Below, piece after piece: positions 1 to 10,898 of a DNA stretch of 64,000 nucleotides. This DNA is from Coraliomargaritaceae bacterium (GTDB lineage: Bacteria; Verrucomicrobiota; Verrucomicrobiia; Opitutales; Coraliomargaritaceae), in contig CBFHKU010000002.1 of assembly GCA_965656495.1 (NCBI GenBank), positions 32,001-96,000 of the forward strand, given 5' to 3'. The position numbers and the translations under genes are program-made. How positions within the stretch are numbered: the first letter of the stretch is position 1; each line of letters starts with the position of its first letter. The notes under the pieces were generated by a model, which searched no databases, was not told where the DNA came from, and was given only the letters and a program-made list of their open reading frames with translations.

Positions 1-1461
1 CTCTACCAGAGCCGTGCCGAGAATCGTCAGGCTTCCCCCATCTTCAATATTACGGGCAGAACCGAAGAAACGCTTGGGCTTCTGCAGGGCATTCGCCTCC
101 ACCCCACCCGAGAGGATCTTACCGCTGTTCGGCATCATGGTATTGTAGGCGCGAGCCAAACGCGTGATTGAATCAAGCAGGATAATAACATCCTCGCCCA
201 CTTCCACCATGCGGCGCGCCTTATCAATCACCATTTCCGCCGCGTGTACGTGGCTCTCAGCCGATTCATCAAACGTAGAACTGATGATCTCTGCCTCGAC
301 CTGGCGCCGGAAATCGGTCACTTCTTCGGGTCGCTCATCAATCAGGAGAATGATAAGGTGCGCCTTCGGGCAATTCGCCTTGATGGCATTCGCCATGCAC
401 TGCAGGAGGACGGTCTTACCGGTGCGCGGTGGAGCGACAATCAAGCCACGCTGACCATAGCCCACGGGAGTCAGGCAATCCACCACCCGCATGGAAAGGT
501 TGTCCCACTTGGCGTCGCCCCCGGTTTCCATTAAAATACGCTCGGTTGGATAATACGGCACCCGCTCTTTGAAGGGGACGATCTCGCTCAAGGTATCGGG
601 ATCGCGACCCATAACCTCCAAGGCAGCGACCACAAAGGGACAGGTCTCGGTCTCGCGGCGCGGGTGCAGGCGGGCCTTCACGATGTGACCGGCCTGCAGG
701 CCGTATTGCTTAATCAGGGTCTGCGGCACGAAAGCGCTCTGCGAAACCACGCGGTAATTATCGCGCTCGTATACCAAGAGACCGCCGGCCTCATCTTCAA
801 GTAGATCCAGCACGCCCACCGTTTCGATGCACTTCTTTTGCTCAAAAGCATGCGCCAACAGCGCATTGACCAACTGTTCGCGATTCGGCGCATTGGGAAC
901 GTCCACCGATTCCTTCTCCGCCGCTTCCCGCAATTCCGGGAGCGCCATATTATAGATTTCGGTAAAATCAAAAGCTTTACCTTTCGCGGACTCCAGACCG
1001 TCCACAAATGACTGCAAGGCTTCGAAATTTTCAAATGCTTCAAAATCCGGCAAATCGCCCAAGTCCAAAGTCGGACCCTCATCACTCGAAGGCTTCTTTT
1101 TATTCTGCCAACGGTTCCGCGCCCGACCCTTCTGGTTTTTCTTACCCTTTTGGAAGCGATTCTGATTCGGGTTTCCATTGCCACGGCGTCCGGAGTGGCG
1201 ATTCCCGGAAGCCTCCCCCTCCGGTGCATCACTATTGGATTTGGGCTTTTCAGCAGCGGCGGTCTCGTCCTCGCTCTGCATCATCGCCTCGTAAGCAGCG
1301 CCCGTTACAGCCCCGTCATCCGCAGGGGCAGCCGCCGCTTCTTCATTTTTCGTGCGCTTTCTCGCCCCACGCCGGACCGTTTTGCGCGGTGACTTGGGTG
1401 CCGCACCGGCATCGGAATCCATGTGGTTGCTACTGGATAAGGGTGTATCCGATTCACTCAT
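1..1461 (-). CDS. rho: Transcription termination factor Rho (3'-truncated by window edge), long N-terminal low-complexity extension
   Basis: Missing from the ORF track because there is no stop in the window. Manual translation from ATG at 1461 is in frame to position 1 and gives [74 protein letters not shown]. Confidence 0.96.
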   Translation of the reverse strand, partial: MSESDTPLSSSNHMDSDAGAAPKSPRKTVRRGARKRTKNEEAAAAPADDGAVTGAAYEAMMQSEDETAAAEKPKSNSDAPEGEASGNRHSGRRGNGNPNQNRFQKGKKNQKGRARNRWQNKKKPSSDEGPTLDLGDLPDFEAFENFEALQSFVDGLESAKGKAFDFTEIYNMALPELREAAEKESVDVPNAPNREQLVNALLAHAFEQKKCIETVGVLDLLEDEAGGLLVYERDNYRVVSQSAFVPQTLIKQYGLQAGHIVKARLHPRRETETCPFVVAALEVMGRDPDTLSEIVPFKERVPYYPTERILMETGGDAKWDNLSMRVVDCLTPVGYGQRGLIVAPPRTGKTVLLQCMANAIKANCPKAHLIILLIDERPEEVTDFRRQVEAEIISSTFDESAESHVHAAEMVIDKARRMVEVGEDVIILLDSITRLARAYNTMMPNSGKILSGGVEANALQKPKRFFGSARNIEDGGSLTILGTALVE

Positions 1462-1512
1462 ATACGTTTGGGTTTTTAGGGATCAGGAGTGTTCAGCCTT
1501 ACAAAAAAGTAC

Positions 1513-2127
1513 TTACCATTCTGCGATCAGGCCGAGCGTTTGCTCTTTTAAAAATTCAAGATTACCAGCGTTTGTTATAACATAATCCGCTCGCTCCGTT
1601 TTCTCAGACAAAGCCATTTGCCGCTTGGAACGTGCTTCAATTGCAACCTTTGAAAAGCCCCGGAGGGCCATTCGGGCAATCACAATTGCATCCGGACACG
1701 TAACACAAACGCTAAAATCAAACTCCTTTTCAAGCCTTTTCTCGAATAACAGCGGGATCTCAATCACCCAGTTCGAGCCGGGATCTCCTTCCATCGCCGC
1801 CAGCCATTGCTCGCGCACCCGAGGATGCAGCAACGCCTCCAGCCATTCCAATTCCCCGGGCTCCGCAAAAACAGCCTCCGCCACTGCTCCGCGATCCACT
1901 CGACCCTCCGAATCAAAAACCGCCGCACCCCAGCGCTCGCGCACCGCGCCAATCACCACCTCATTCGAGGCGAGCAAGGCCTGCACCAACGCGTCCGCCG
2001 ACAAGACCGACCAACCCGCCTCCGCAAAAAAACCTGCAACCGAGCTCTTACCACAGCCCATCCCGCCCGTAAGGCCAATTCGATACCCACGGTCGCTCCC
2101 TTGCATCGCTGTTGTTTCGTTTTTCAA
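1513..2127 (-). CDS. coaE: Dephospho-CoA kinase
   Basis: IGLTGGMGCGKS P-loop, LEALLHPRVR, IEIPLLFE, ADYVITN. Confidence 0.95.
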   Translation of the reverse strand: MKNETTAMQGSDRGYRIGLTGGMGCGKSSVAGFFAEAGWSVLSADALVQALLASNEVVIGAVRERWGAAVFDSEGRVDRGAVAEAVFAEPGELEWLEALLHPRVREQWLAAMEGDPGSNWVIEIPLLFEKRLEKEFDFSVCVTCPDAIVIARMALRGFSKVAIEARSKRQMALSEKTERADYVITNAGNLEFLKEQTLGLIAEW

Positions 2128-2184
2128 ACGCGCGGTAATTTTATGATGGACGGATAAATTTTACTTATTAGGTTTTAAACCCCT

Positions 2185-3723
2185 ATGCTTGCGACCACTC
2201 AATCGGCAGCCCTGCTGGGAATAGAAGCCTACCCCGTTCAAGTAGAGGTGAATACGGGGGAGGTCGGCGAGCTTAAATTTATTCTTGTGGGACTCCCGGA
2301 TGCCGCTGTCAAGGAATCACAGGACCGCGTTTTCTCTGCGATCAGCAATAGCGGGTATCGCCAACCCGAAACCCGCACCACCGTAAATCTCGCGCCCGGC
2401 GACCTCCGCAAGGAAGGCCCCGCCTACGATTTGCCCATTGCCCTCGGCGTCCTTGCCGCCATGAAACAATGCGAAGCCGCACCGCTTCAGGATTACCTCA
2501 TCGCCGGTGAACTCAGCCTTTCCGGAGAAACCCGACCCGTCAAAGGCTGCCTTGCGATGGCGCAGCTCGCCCGCCGCCTCAACAAAAAAGGCATCCTTTT
2601 GCCCGAAGCCTCCGCCCGGGAAGCCGCTCTCGTCAGCGACCTCAATGTTATCCCGATCCAAAGCCTCGACCAAGCGGTCCGTTTCCTAAACCGCGAAATC
2701 AAGATTGATCCCCTCCCCGCCGATCTCACCCCCTTCAACCCCGCAAATGCCGACCCCCACCAAGCTGATTTTACCGATGTAAAAGGACAACACCACCTCC
2801 GCCGCGCTATCGAAATCGCAGTTAGCGGGGGACACAACCTCATCATGATCGGGAGTCCCGGCTCCGGTAAATCCATGATCGCAAAGCGCATCCCCGGCAT
2901 CATGCCCCCGCCCGAACTCGACGAATTCCTCGAAATCCTCAGCATCCAATCCGCCGCAGGCATCACGCTCGACCCCGCCAAGACCCGCAATCAACGGCCC
3001 TTCCGCGCCCCCCACCACACCATCAGTGACGTCGGGCTCCTAGGCGGCGGAACCTTCCCGCGTCCCGGAGAAATCTCCCTCGCCCATCAAGGCGTCCTCT
3101 TCCTCGATGAACTCCCCGAATTTCGCCGCAACACCCTCGAAGTATTGCGCCAGCCCCTCGAAGACGGACAGGTCACCATTTCCCGCAGCGCCGCCAAAGT
3201 CACCCTCCCCGCCGCCTTCATGCTCGTCTGCGCCATGAACCCCTGCCCCTGCGGTTATGCCGGAGACCCCGCCCACCCCTGCCGCTGCTCCCTCACCCAA
3301 ATCCAACGCTACCGCTCCCGTATCAGCGGCCCCCTCCTCGACCGCATCGATATTCACATTGAGGCACCCGCCCTCCGAATCGAAGAGCTGCGTACTACCC
3401 AACCCGGAGAAGCCTCCGCCCCCATCCGCGACCGTTGTGCCGCAGCGCGTGCGATCCAATTCCAGCGCTACCGCAACCATCCCACCAAGCGTTGCAACAG
3501 TCGCATGCAGCAGGCCGACATCCGTAAATACTGCGCCCTCGACGCAGCACTTAGCCAACAACTCCAAAACGCCATGCAGGAATTTGCACTTTCCGCCCGC
3601 GCCTACGACCGCATTCTCAAAGTCGCGCGCACCATTGCAGATTTAGATCAGTCCCAAAACATAAAAAGTCCTCATTTACTTGAAGCAATTCAATATCGTA
3701 GCCTTGACAGGCAGCTATTTTAA
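2185..3723 (+). CDS. comM: YifB/ComM family Mg-chelatase-like AAA+ ATPase
   Basis: [74 protein letters not shown]. Confidence 0.93.
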   Translation: MLATTQSAALLGIEAYPVQVEVNTGEVGELKFILVGLPDAAVKESQDRVFSAISNSGYRQPETRTTVNLAPGDLRKEGPAYDLPIALGVLAAMKQCEAAPLQDYLIAGELSLSGETRPVKGCLAMAQLARRLNKKGILLPEASAREAALVSDLNVIPIQSLDQAVRFLNREIKIDPLPADLTPFNPANADPHQADFTDVKGQHHLRRAIEIAVSGGHNLIMIGSPGSGKSMIAKRIPGIMPPPELDEFLEILSIQSAAGITLDPAKTRNQRPFRAPHHTISDVGLLGGGTFPRPGEISLAHQGVLFLDELPEFRRNTLEVLRQPLEDGQVTISRSAAKVTLPAAFMLVCAMNPCPCGYAGDPAHPCRCSLTQIQRYRSRISGPLLDRIDIHIEAPALRIEELRTTQPGEASAPIRDRCAAARAIQFQRYRNHPTKRCNSRMQQADIRKYCALDAALSQQLQNAMQEFALSARAYDRILKVARTIADLDQSQNIKSPHLLEAIQYRSLDRQLF

Positions 3724-3857
3724 CCGACAAGGTATAGAGAATTGCCGATTGCGGCAGTGTTTTACCTTAGAGTAAAACAGCTTCCAAGTCTAACATTCAC
3801 CCTTCAAAAAATTCTTTAATCAGCATAATCCCTTAAAAAAATCCAATTTAACGAACC

Positions 3858-3946
<89 letters not shown>

Positions 3947-3978
3947 AAAACTCACTATATAACACCATACCATCCATT

Positions 3979-4623
3979 ATGAAAAGCGTAGCCATTATCG
4001 AAGACCAAACCGCCATCCGCGAACTCATCACTCAAACCATTCTCAACAATGATGATTACGACATCGTCATTGAAACCGGCGACGGTAAAGAAGGTTGCGA
4101 TCGCTGCCTCGAACTGAAACCCGACTTCGTCATCCTTGACGTCATGCTTCCCAATATGAACGGCACCGATGTCCTTCGTCGCTTCGCCAAGGAATTACCC
4201 AACACCCGCATCCTCATCTTCTCCGGTTACCAAACCCCCGGCCTTGTTCGTGAACTCCTTCAAATTGGAGCACATGGATTTGTCGAAAAATCCGCCGCCC
4301 TCAATGAACTTCGCAAAGGCATCGAGATCGTCTCCGGTGGCGGCAGCTACTTCGGCCCCGAGATCGCTCAAATGCTCCGCGACGCCATGTCAGACCCCAA
4401 AACCAAGGAATCCGGCATCAACGTCCTTACCCGCCGCGAGCGCCAAATCCTTCAACTCATCGCTGAAAGTAACAGCACGAAAAAGATCGCTGAGAAACTC
4501 GACATCAGTGTCAAGACTGCCGAGAACCACCGCACCAACCTTATGCGCAAACTCGACCTGCACGATATCGCCAGCCTCACCCGTTACGCGATCAACAACG
4601 GGTTGATCATTCTCAACCGCTAA
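3979..4623 (+). CDS. NarL/FixJ-family response regulator (REC + LuxR HTH)
   Basis: [35 protein letters not shown]...[14 protein letters not shown]; start moved to ATG 3979 downstream of the tRNA. Confidence 0.93.
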   Translation: MKSVAIIEDQTAIRELITQTILNNDDYDIVIETGDGKEGCDRCLELKPDFVILDVMLPNMNGTDVLRRFAKELPNTRILIFSGYQTPGLVRELLQIGAHGFVEKSAALNELRKGIEIVSGGGSYFGPEIAQMLRDAMSDPKTKESGINVLTRRERQILQLIAESNSTKKIAEKLDISVKTAENHRTNLMRKLDLHDIASLTRYAINNGLIILNR

Positions 4624-4637
4624 GCCCGTATCGCGGG

Positions 4638-5456
4638 TCAAACACCCGCTTCACGGTAGCGATCCGCGAGGATTTCCAACAAAAGGGGATGCCGGCCCAA
4701 AAGGGCCGTGCTTTCCACCCCTTCATAAATCCCGCGCTGCACGAGTTCCGCGCCAATCTGCGCGACATCGCCACCCGCGCCCGCATGACGCCCCGGCAGC
4801 AAAAAGAACATCGCTGCCAGCAAACGCCCGCCCGCGAAATCCGGAACCGCATCCAAACCCTCCAAGAGCGGTTCATTAAAAGCGTACTCTGCCCCCTCCC
4901 GCCGCTCCATTGAGCAGGCCACGACCCGGCGGCCCAGTACATCCGCCAAATCCCGCGCCACCGAATTGCGCAACGCATTCACCTCCTGCGCCGGTGTCCC
5001 ATGATCCACCAGCGCGACATGCATCGCCCCCTCCGGATCCGCCACCCGCACATGGTCCGACAACATCTCGACCAAACGCGAATCGGGACGTTCCACCGTT
5101 TGACCAAAGAGGCAGTCTGCAATCACCACTTCCATATCCGGGCACTCCTCGCGCAACTCCCCCAGCAATACCGGCAAATATTCCGTAATGGCACGACTCG
5201 GTCCCAAAAAGAGCGGCAAAATCATAAAACGTCGCCGACCCGCCGCGAAGGAGGCGCGCATCCGGCGCTTCACAATCGTTGCTTCCACACCCCCCAGTTC
5301 CGCCGGATCCACCTTGTGCGAATGCAGCAGACTCACCGCCTCCACCTCGCGCCCCAATCGCTCGCTCAATCCCTTCGCAAGCGCGCGCAATTCCAGCGTC
5401 GCCCCCGGTGCCAACGACCCATTATCCACTAAAAAAACCTCTATTTCCGAATCCAT
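4638..5456 (-). CDS. CbiX/SirB-like (sirohydrochlorin chelatase fold) protein, two-domain
   Basis: LVDNGS, SLLHSHK, ILPLFLGPS, LVDHGTP, FFLLPGRHAG..GD, LLGRHP. Confidence 0.7.
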   Translation of the reverse strand: MDSEIEVFLVDNGSLAPGATLELRALAKGLSERLGREVEAVSLLHSHKVDPAELGGVEATIVKRRMRASFAAGRRRFMILPLFLGPSRAITEYLPVLLGELREECPDMEVVIADCLFGQTVERPDSRLVEMLSDHVRVADPEGAMHVALVDHGTPAQEVNALRNSVARDLADVLGRRVVACSMERREGAEYAFNEPLLEGLDAVPDFAGGRLLAAMFFLLPGRHAGAGGDVAQIGAELVQRGIYEGVESTALLGRHPLLLEILADRYREAGV

Positions 5457-5547
5457 TTGATTTAAAAGCACAAACCTTTGCTAATATTTGCATCAAACAA
5501 AGGAAAATGTTTGCGCAATGCAACGCTCCCTACAAATTTAATGCATC

Positions 5548-6108
5548 ATGATCAAGGTCTTCCAAAACGTTTCCGTCCTTCTTTTCGCCATTTTATTCTT
5601 GAGTGCCTGCACCCGCACCCAACTGCCCACACCCGGCGACACCGCCAGCCGCTATGGAGACAGCAATGGCTATATTCCTGAAAGTATAGACGGCGAGTGG
5701 GGACCCGCTGAGCTCCAACAGCGCGGAATCAACGACACCTACACCGACGGCACTTACAAAGGACGCCCAACCGTCATGGGACTCTTTCAACCCGTCTATT
5801 TCAACTTCGATTCCGCAAGTATTGCCGCCGCCGAGCGCGCCAAGCTACAGGAAGCCGCCCGTTATCTCGACAAAAACGCCCGCGCCGGAGTCCTGCTCGA
5901 AGGCCACTGCGACTGGTATGGCACCGCTGATTACAATCTTGCCCTCGGGGAACTGCGTTCCAACAGCGCCCGCGATTATCTCTCCACCCTTGGCGTAAAC
6001 AGTAGCCGCATCGAAACCCTCTCCAAAGGAAGCCTCGAAGCAACCGGCGGTCTTTCCAAAGCACAGTCTGCTCAGGATCGCCGCGTCGAGATCATCATTC
6101 TCAAGTAG
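5548..6108 (+). CDS. pal: OmpA/Pal-family peptidoglycan-associated lipoprotein
   Basis: Lipobox LSAC; VYFNFDS, LEGHCDWYGTADYNLALGELRS, DRRVE. Confidence 0.85.
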   Translation: MIKVFQNVSVLLFAILFLSACTRTQLPTPGDTASRYGDSNGYIPESIDGEWGPAELQQRGINDTYTDGTYKGRPTVMGLFQPVYFNFDSASIAAAERAKLQEAARYLDKNARAGVLLEGHCDWYGTADYNLALGELRSNSARDYLSTLGVNSSRIETLSKGSLEATGGLSKAQSAQDRRVEIIILK

Positions 6109-6187
6109 GCGCGCCCTAGCGGCACTTGCTTAACCAAGCAAATATACCGCGAGCTAAAGCCGGATCCGGTATCGCTCGTTCCCATCC

Positions 6188-7402
6188 ATGAGCGAAGATC
6201 CAAAACACCCCTATACCCTCATACCCAAGCGTCGCTTCGGGAAAACTGAGCTACAGATGCCCGTAATCACCTGCGGCGGTATGCGCTTTATCCAAAGCTG
6301 GAATGATACCCCCGCCGACCGAAAATCCGTCACGAAGGAATGTCAGGCCAACCTTGAAGCCACGATCCGTTACGGCCTCGAGCTCGGCATTAACCATATC
6401 GAAACCGCCCGTGGTTACGGCACTTCGGAATACCAAATGGGCAAACTGCTCCCCACCCTTCCCCGTGATGAGCTTATCATCCAAACCAAGATTTGCCCTA
6501 CCGAATCACCCGCCGAATTCCTCAAGGCCTTCGAGACTTCGCTTGAATCACTACAACTCGACTACGTTGACCTGCTGAGCGTTCACGGCATCAACAACGC
6601 CGCCACCCTTGAGCACGCCCTCAAATGCATGCCCGCAATTCAGCAGCTCAAAAAAGAGGGGCGCTGCCGCCACATCGGATTCTCCACCCATGCCCCGCCC
6701 GACATCGCCATCAAGGCGATCGAAACAGACCTCTTCGAATACGTTAATCTACATTGGTATTACGTTTATCACCCCATGAACCGTGCCCCGGTTGATGCCG
6801 CCGCCGCGCGCGACATGGGCGTTTTCATCATCAGTCCCTGCGATAAAGGCGGCAAATTATTCGAGCCCTCACCTAAACTCCTGGAGCTATGCCAGCCGCT
6901 CACCCCGATGGCATTCAATGACCTCTACTGCCTGCGCGACCCGGCCGTTCACACCCTCTCGATTGGGGCGGCACGCCCCTCCGATTTCGCCGAACACGTC
7001 ACCGCTGTCAAAAATCTTGAACTCCATCGACCCGCCATTGAAGCGATTGAGCAAAAACTCGATGGCGCAATGCATGCCGCCCTCGGCGCGGACTGGATGC
7101 AAAACTGGCAGCAAGGGCTCCCGCGTCAGGTCGATACCCCCGGCGGAATGAACATCCCTGAAATCCTGCGCCTTTGGAATTTCGCCAAAGGATTGGACAT
7201 GATCGAATTCGCCAAGATGCGATATAATTTACTCGGACAGGCGGAGCATTGGTTTCCGGGGATCAACGCCGCCGAGGTAAAGGAGGAAGTACTCGCACCG
7301 CTTCTCGTCGAAAGCCCCTTTGCCGACCGCATCCCCGGAATCCTGCGCGAGGCGCACGAGCTCCTCTTCGAAGCGCCCAAAGAACGACAAAGCAAGGCCT
7401 AG
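6188..7402 (+). CDS. Aldo/keto reductase family oxidoreductase
   Basis: RRFGKTEL, GINHIETARGYG.SE, SLESLQLDYVDLLSVHG, RHIGFSTH. Confidence 0.88.
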   Translation: MSEDPKHPYTLIPKRRFGKTELQMPVITCGGMRFIQSWNDTPADRKSVTKECQANLEATIRYGLELGINHIETARGYGTSEYQMGKLLPTLPRDELIIQTKICPTESPAEFLKAFETSLESLQLDYVDLLSVHGINNAATLEHALKCMPAIQQLKKEGRCRHIGFSTHAPPDIAIKAIETDLFEYVNLHWYYVYHPMNRAPVDAAAARDMGVFIISPCDKGGKLFEPSPKLLELCQPLTPMAFNDLYCLRDPAVHTLSIGAARPSDFAEHVTAVKNLELHRPAIEAIEQKLDGAMHAALGADWMQNWQQGLPRQVDTPGGMNIPEILRLWNFAKGLDMIEFAKMRYNLLGQAEHWFPGINAAEVKEEVLAPLLVESPFADRIPGILREAHELLFEAPKERQSKA

Positions 7403-7404
7403 CC

Positions 7405-8604
7405 TTAAGCGCGTTGCAGCACGATTTGACTTACATCAATGGAGCCTGCCTCAAATCCCGCCTCGCAATAACTCAGGTAATAATTCCATTTACGGCGGAA
7501 GGCGGCATCAAAACCCAACGCCTCCAATTCCGTTTCCCGTTCATTAAAGGCATCGCGCCAACGGCGCAGGGTCTCTGCATAATCCAAGCCAAAGGATTCC
7601 TGAATCTCCAGTTCCATCCCGCCCAGATCCGCAACAATGCCACGCAGCGCAGCCTTCGACGGCAAATGCCCGCCGGGAAAAATATAACGCTGGATCCAGT
7701 CACAACTCCGGCAGTAGCCCGCGTAGCGATCATCGGAAATCGTGATGGCCTGCACCACCGCCCGACCGCCCGGCTTCAGGCAGTCGCGAATCGTTTCGAA
7801 ATAAGTCGGCAAATACTCGCGCCCCACCGCTTCAATCATTTCACAGGAAACCACCGCATCGTATTGACCTCTTTCTTCACGGTAATCCTGCAGCTTTAGA
7901 TCCACCTGCTCCTTAAAACCAGCATCCTCAATCAAATCCCTCGCATAGGCTAATTGTTCCTTCGAAAGCGTCAGACTGGTCACCTCGCACCCGGCGCGCG
8001 CCGCCCGCAGGGCTAAAGCACCCCAACCCGTCCCAATTTCCAACAGATGCCCACCCGCCGAACAAGCCGCCCGCTGCAACATCGCCGCGATCTTATTTTC
8101 CTGACCCGCCTCGAGGCTGCCTTCCTTGCGCGACCCAAAGAGCGCTGAAGAATAAGTCATGGTCGGATCGAGAAAGAGAGCGTAAAAATCATTACTGAGG
8201 TCGTAGTGCGCCTCGATGTTCGACTTGCTCTGCTCAAGGGTATTGGAACGCCGCACATGATAAAGGCGATTCAGCCAATGCCCCACCACCGAAAGCCCTT
8301 TGCCAATACGACCCACGGTGTGCTGATTGCGTGCCAGCAAGGTCAAGGTCGCACTCAAATCGGGGGTCGTCCATGCACCGTCAACGTAACCCTCTCCCAG
8401 TGCCATACTGCCGCCCAATACAAGCCGTCGCGGCATCCCGGCATCCACGATTTTCATTCTCACTTCCGGCCCCTCGCCATCACCCAAACATTCCACCCGC
8501 TCACCGGGAAGTTCCAAGCGGAGCCTTCCACCGCGCAAACGTCCCAAATAGCGCACCATGATACGTTCAAACAAAGACAGGTGATTGGATTGGCTACTGC
8601 TCAT
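7405..8604 (-). CDS. cfa: Cyclopropane-fatty-acyl-phospholipid synthase family SAM methyltransferase
   Basis: NIEAHYDLSNDFY.LFLDPTMTYSSA, LLEIGTGWG, EMIEAVG, YIFPGG, YYLSYCEAGF; start at 8604 gives an ATGA overlap with the upstream gene. Confidence 0.9.
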   Translation of the reverse strand: MSSSQSNHLSLFERIMVRYLGRLRGGRLRLELPGERVECLGDGEGPEVRMKIVDAGMPRRLVLGGSMALGEGYVDGAWTTPDLSATLTLLARNQHTVGRIGKGLSVVGHWLNRLYHVRRSNTLEQSKSNIEAHYDLSNDFYALFLDPTMTYSSALFGSRKEGSLEAGQENKIAAMLQRAACSAGGHLLEIGTGWGALALRAARAGCEVTSLTLSKEQLAYARDLIEDAGFKEQVDLKLQDYREERGQYDAVVSCEMIEAVGREYLPTYFETIRDCLKPGGRAVVQAITISDDRYAGYCRSCDWIQRYIFPGGHLPSKAALRGIVADLGGMELEIQESFGLDYAETLRRWRDAFNERETELEALGFDAAFRRKWNYYLSYCEAGFEAGSIDVSQIVLQRA

Positions 8605-9392
8605 AAATCGTCGGGCTTGTTTGCTTTTGGCTTCCAGGGAAAAAACGGACTCGTGCACTTTTGGTAGTTCGCGTATGCCGCGCCGCGCCGCTTGAGAGAG
8701 GAATACTCCGCAGGCGGAATGCCGGTAATGTATCGGAGGAATATATACATAATAGTGGGACCCAGCAGGCTCCATCCAAAGGCCGCAGTACCAACTGAGA
8801 GTAAAACATAAACCCACCAATGGAGCCATTCAAAAAAATAATTGGGATGGCGCGAATAAGCCCAAAGCCCCTCCCGGCAAACTCCGTTGGCATTGTCCGG
8901 ATTCGCCCGAAAGGCAGCCAACTGGCGATCCGCAAGAGTCTCCCCTCCCAATGCCACCAGTGCCAAAACCAGCGCAAGGGCATCCGCGATTCCTAAAGGT
9001 GAATGATTTGTGAGTGCCACGCCCAGCGGAATCAGAAAAATCCCCGCCAGCGGGACTTGCATAAAAAATAAAAAGAGGAAATTACGTGAGGCCCGCCCGC
9101 CCCAACGCTCCTTGAGGTTGGCATAGCGCGGATCCTCATGACGCGGAAGAATGCGATCCTTGAAAAGGTGCACGCTCAGACGAATCGCCCAAAAACTGAC
9201 CGCCGCCAAAACAAAAACAGCGCGCGGGTGGTCGATCCCCTCAGCGAGCGCCAGCGTCCAGATTCCAAATAAAATCCCCAGCGACCACACCAAATCCACC
9301 ACCGCATAAACCTTCAGGTAGCGCGCGCTAAGGTAGGCAACCAGAGCGATCCCTAACCCGGCGAGGAACAAGCCCCCATACAATGTATCCAT
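8601..9392 (-). CDS. DUF1295 / steroid 5-alpha-reductase-like membrane protein
   Basis: VVDLVWS, EDPRY, GETLADRQL, GLWAYSRHPNYFFEW, multiple TM segments. Confidence 0.88.
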   Translation of the reverse strand: MDTLYGGLFLAGLGIALVAYLSARYLKVYAVVDLVWSLGILFGIWTLALAEGIDHPRAVFVLAAVSFWAIRLSVHLFKDRILPRHEDPRYANLKERWGGRASRNFLFLFFMQVPLAGIFLIPLGVALTNHSPLGIADALALVLALVALGGETLADRQLAAFRANPDNANGVCREGLWAYSRHPNYFFEWLHWWVYVLLSVGTAAFGWSLLGPTIMYIFLRYITGIPPAEYSSLKRRGAAYANYQKCTSPFFPWKPKANKPDDL

Positions 9393-9406
9393 CGTATCAG
9401 CTTCCG

Positions 9407-10294
9407 CTAACTGCGGGCCTCCTCGTAGATCTTTTTCGGATACAGTTTCAAGTCCCAAACCAATCCGAAAAATTGCAACACCCGCAGCAAATAATACGTT
9501 AGATCAATTTCCCACCAATACATACCCTGTCGCGCTGAGAGCGGCCAGCGATGATGATTGTTGTGCCAGCCTTCCCCGAAGGTCAGCAGTGCCACCCACC
9601 AGTTGTTGCGGCTTTCATCATCGGTATTAAAACGTTTTTTTCCAATGATGTGCGTTACGGAATTCACGCAAAAAGTGACGTGATACACCAGCATGGTGCT
9701 CAGAAAAAAGCCCCACATCACGAGTTGCAAACCACTCGTTCCCAGCGCCGGGAAGAGATGATTCAGGAGCGCTCCAACCCCGTAGAGCAAGGCGATCAAG
9801 GACAGCACCGGCAGGACGTGGTAACGATCCACAAAATGGAGTTCTGGATATTTCGTTAGATCCTTGATGCGGTCGTATTTCGTCTCACTGTGCGCCTTGC
9901 ACATGACCCAACCGATGTGAGACCAAAAGAAGTCACGGGTTACCGGCGAGTGAATATCGGGTTCCTTATCGGAGTGCTGATGGTGATGGCGGTGATTGGC
10001 GGCCCACCACATGGGTCCCAGTTGCGCCGAGGAAGTGCCGACCCAGGCGAGAACAAATTGAAACCAACGACTCGTTTTAAAGGAACGATGCGAAAAATAA
10101 CGGTGAAACCCTGCGGTCAGAGCAAAAACCCGCACAAAATAGGTGATCAGCAATGCCACCACCGCAACCCAACTGAAGCCGGTAAAAAACACCCCGATGC
10201 ATGCAAGATGCATGAACAACATGGGCGTCTTCGTTAAAAGGAGTTGGTTATCCTCGTCAGTAAAGCATCGTTTTATCGCATTGAGTAGAGTCAT
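9407..10294 (-). CDS. Acyl-CoA (delta-9-type) fatty acid desaturase
   Basis: His boxes HRYFSH, HRHHH, HNNHH; GEGWHNNHH; WWEIDLTY. Confidence 0.93.
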   Translation of the reverse strand: MTLLNAIKRCFTDEDNQLLLTKTPMLFMHLACIGVFFTGFSWVAVVALLITYFVRVFALTAGFHRYFSHRSFKTSRWFQFVLAWVGTSSAQLGPMWWAANHRHHHQHSDKEPDIHSPVTRDFFWSHIGWVMCKAHSETKYDRIKDLTKYPELHFVDRYHVLPVLSLIALLYGVGALLNHLFPALGTSGLQLVMWGFFLSTMLVYHVTFCVNSVTHIIGKKRFNTDDESRNNWWVALLTFGEGWHNNHHRWPLSARQGMYWWEIDLTYYLLRVLQFFGLVWDLKLYPKKIYEEARS

Positions 10295-10325
10295 AGGTTA
10301 ATAATAAAACTAAATAATACCGCTC

Positions 10326-10350
10326 TGCTTACAATGAAATTCAGTAAGCA
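10326..10350. promoter_or_regulatory. Palindrome between divergent desaturase and SRPBCC genes (candidate operator)
   Basis: TGCTTAC-N11-GTAAGCA inverted repeat in the short divergent intergenic region. Confidence 0.3.
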
Positions 10351-10376
10351 TGTCCCAAAAGATTCGTTTCATACAC

Positions 10377-10841
10377 ATGTCAAAAATTCATCGCATCCAG
10401 AAAGAACAAATAATCGCGACCGATCTTGAGACCGCGTGGAATTTCATTCGCAAACCCAGCAACCTCAACGAGATCACACCCGACACCCTCGATTTCACCA
10501 TCATGAGCGAGGTGCCGGATGCGATGTATGACGGTCTCCTTATCGAATACCGTATCGGAATGCCGCTCATTGGACGCCGCCCCTGGCTTACTGAAATCAA
10601 GCACGTCCGCGACCGCCATTCATTCGTGGATGAACAACGCATCGGCCCCTACAAAATGTGGCTGCATTATCACGAAATCGCGGAAGTTGAGGGCGGGGTG
10701 CGCTTTCGTGACGAAGTTCACTACAGCATGTATGCCGGACCCATCGGCGACCTCGTGCACCAGCTCTATGTTCGCGGTCAGGTTGAAGCCATATTCAACT
10801 ACCGTGAAACTGCCTTGCCCGCCGCGCTCCTGCGCACATAG
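10377..10841 (+). CDS. SRPBCC (START-like) lipid-binding family protein
   Basis: AWNF...NLNEITP, WLTEI, FVDEQRIGPYKMWLHYH, IFNYR. Confidence 0.87.
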   Translation: MSKIHRIQKEQIIATDLETAWNFIRKPSNLNEITPDTLDFTIMSEVPDAMYDGLLIEYRIGMPLIGRRPWLTEIKHVRDRHSFVDEQRIGPYKMWLHYHEIAEVEGGVRFRDEVHYSMYAGPIGDLVHQLYVRGQVEAIFNYRETALPAALLRT

Positions 10842-10898
10842 GCTTCACCCCGCAAGCAGCTTTACTGCCACTGCGAGCCATCCCTGAACCTTCGCGTT

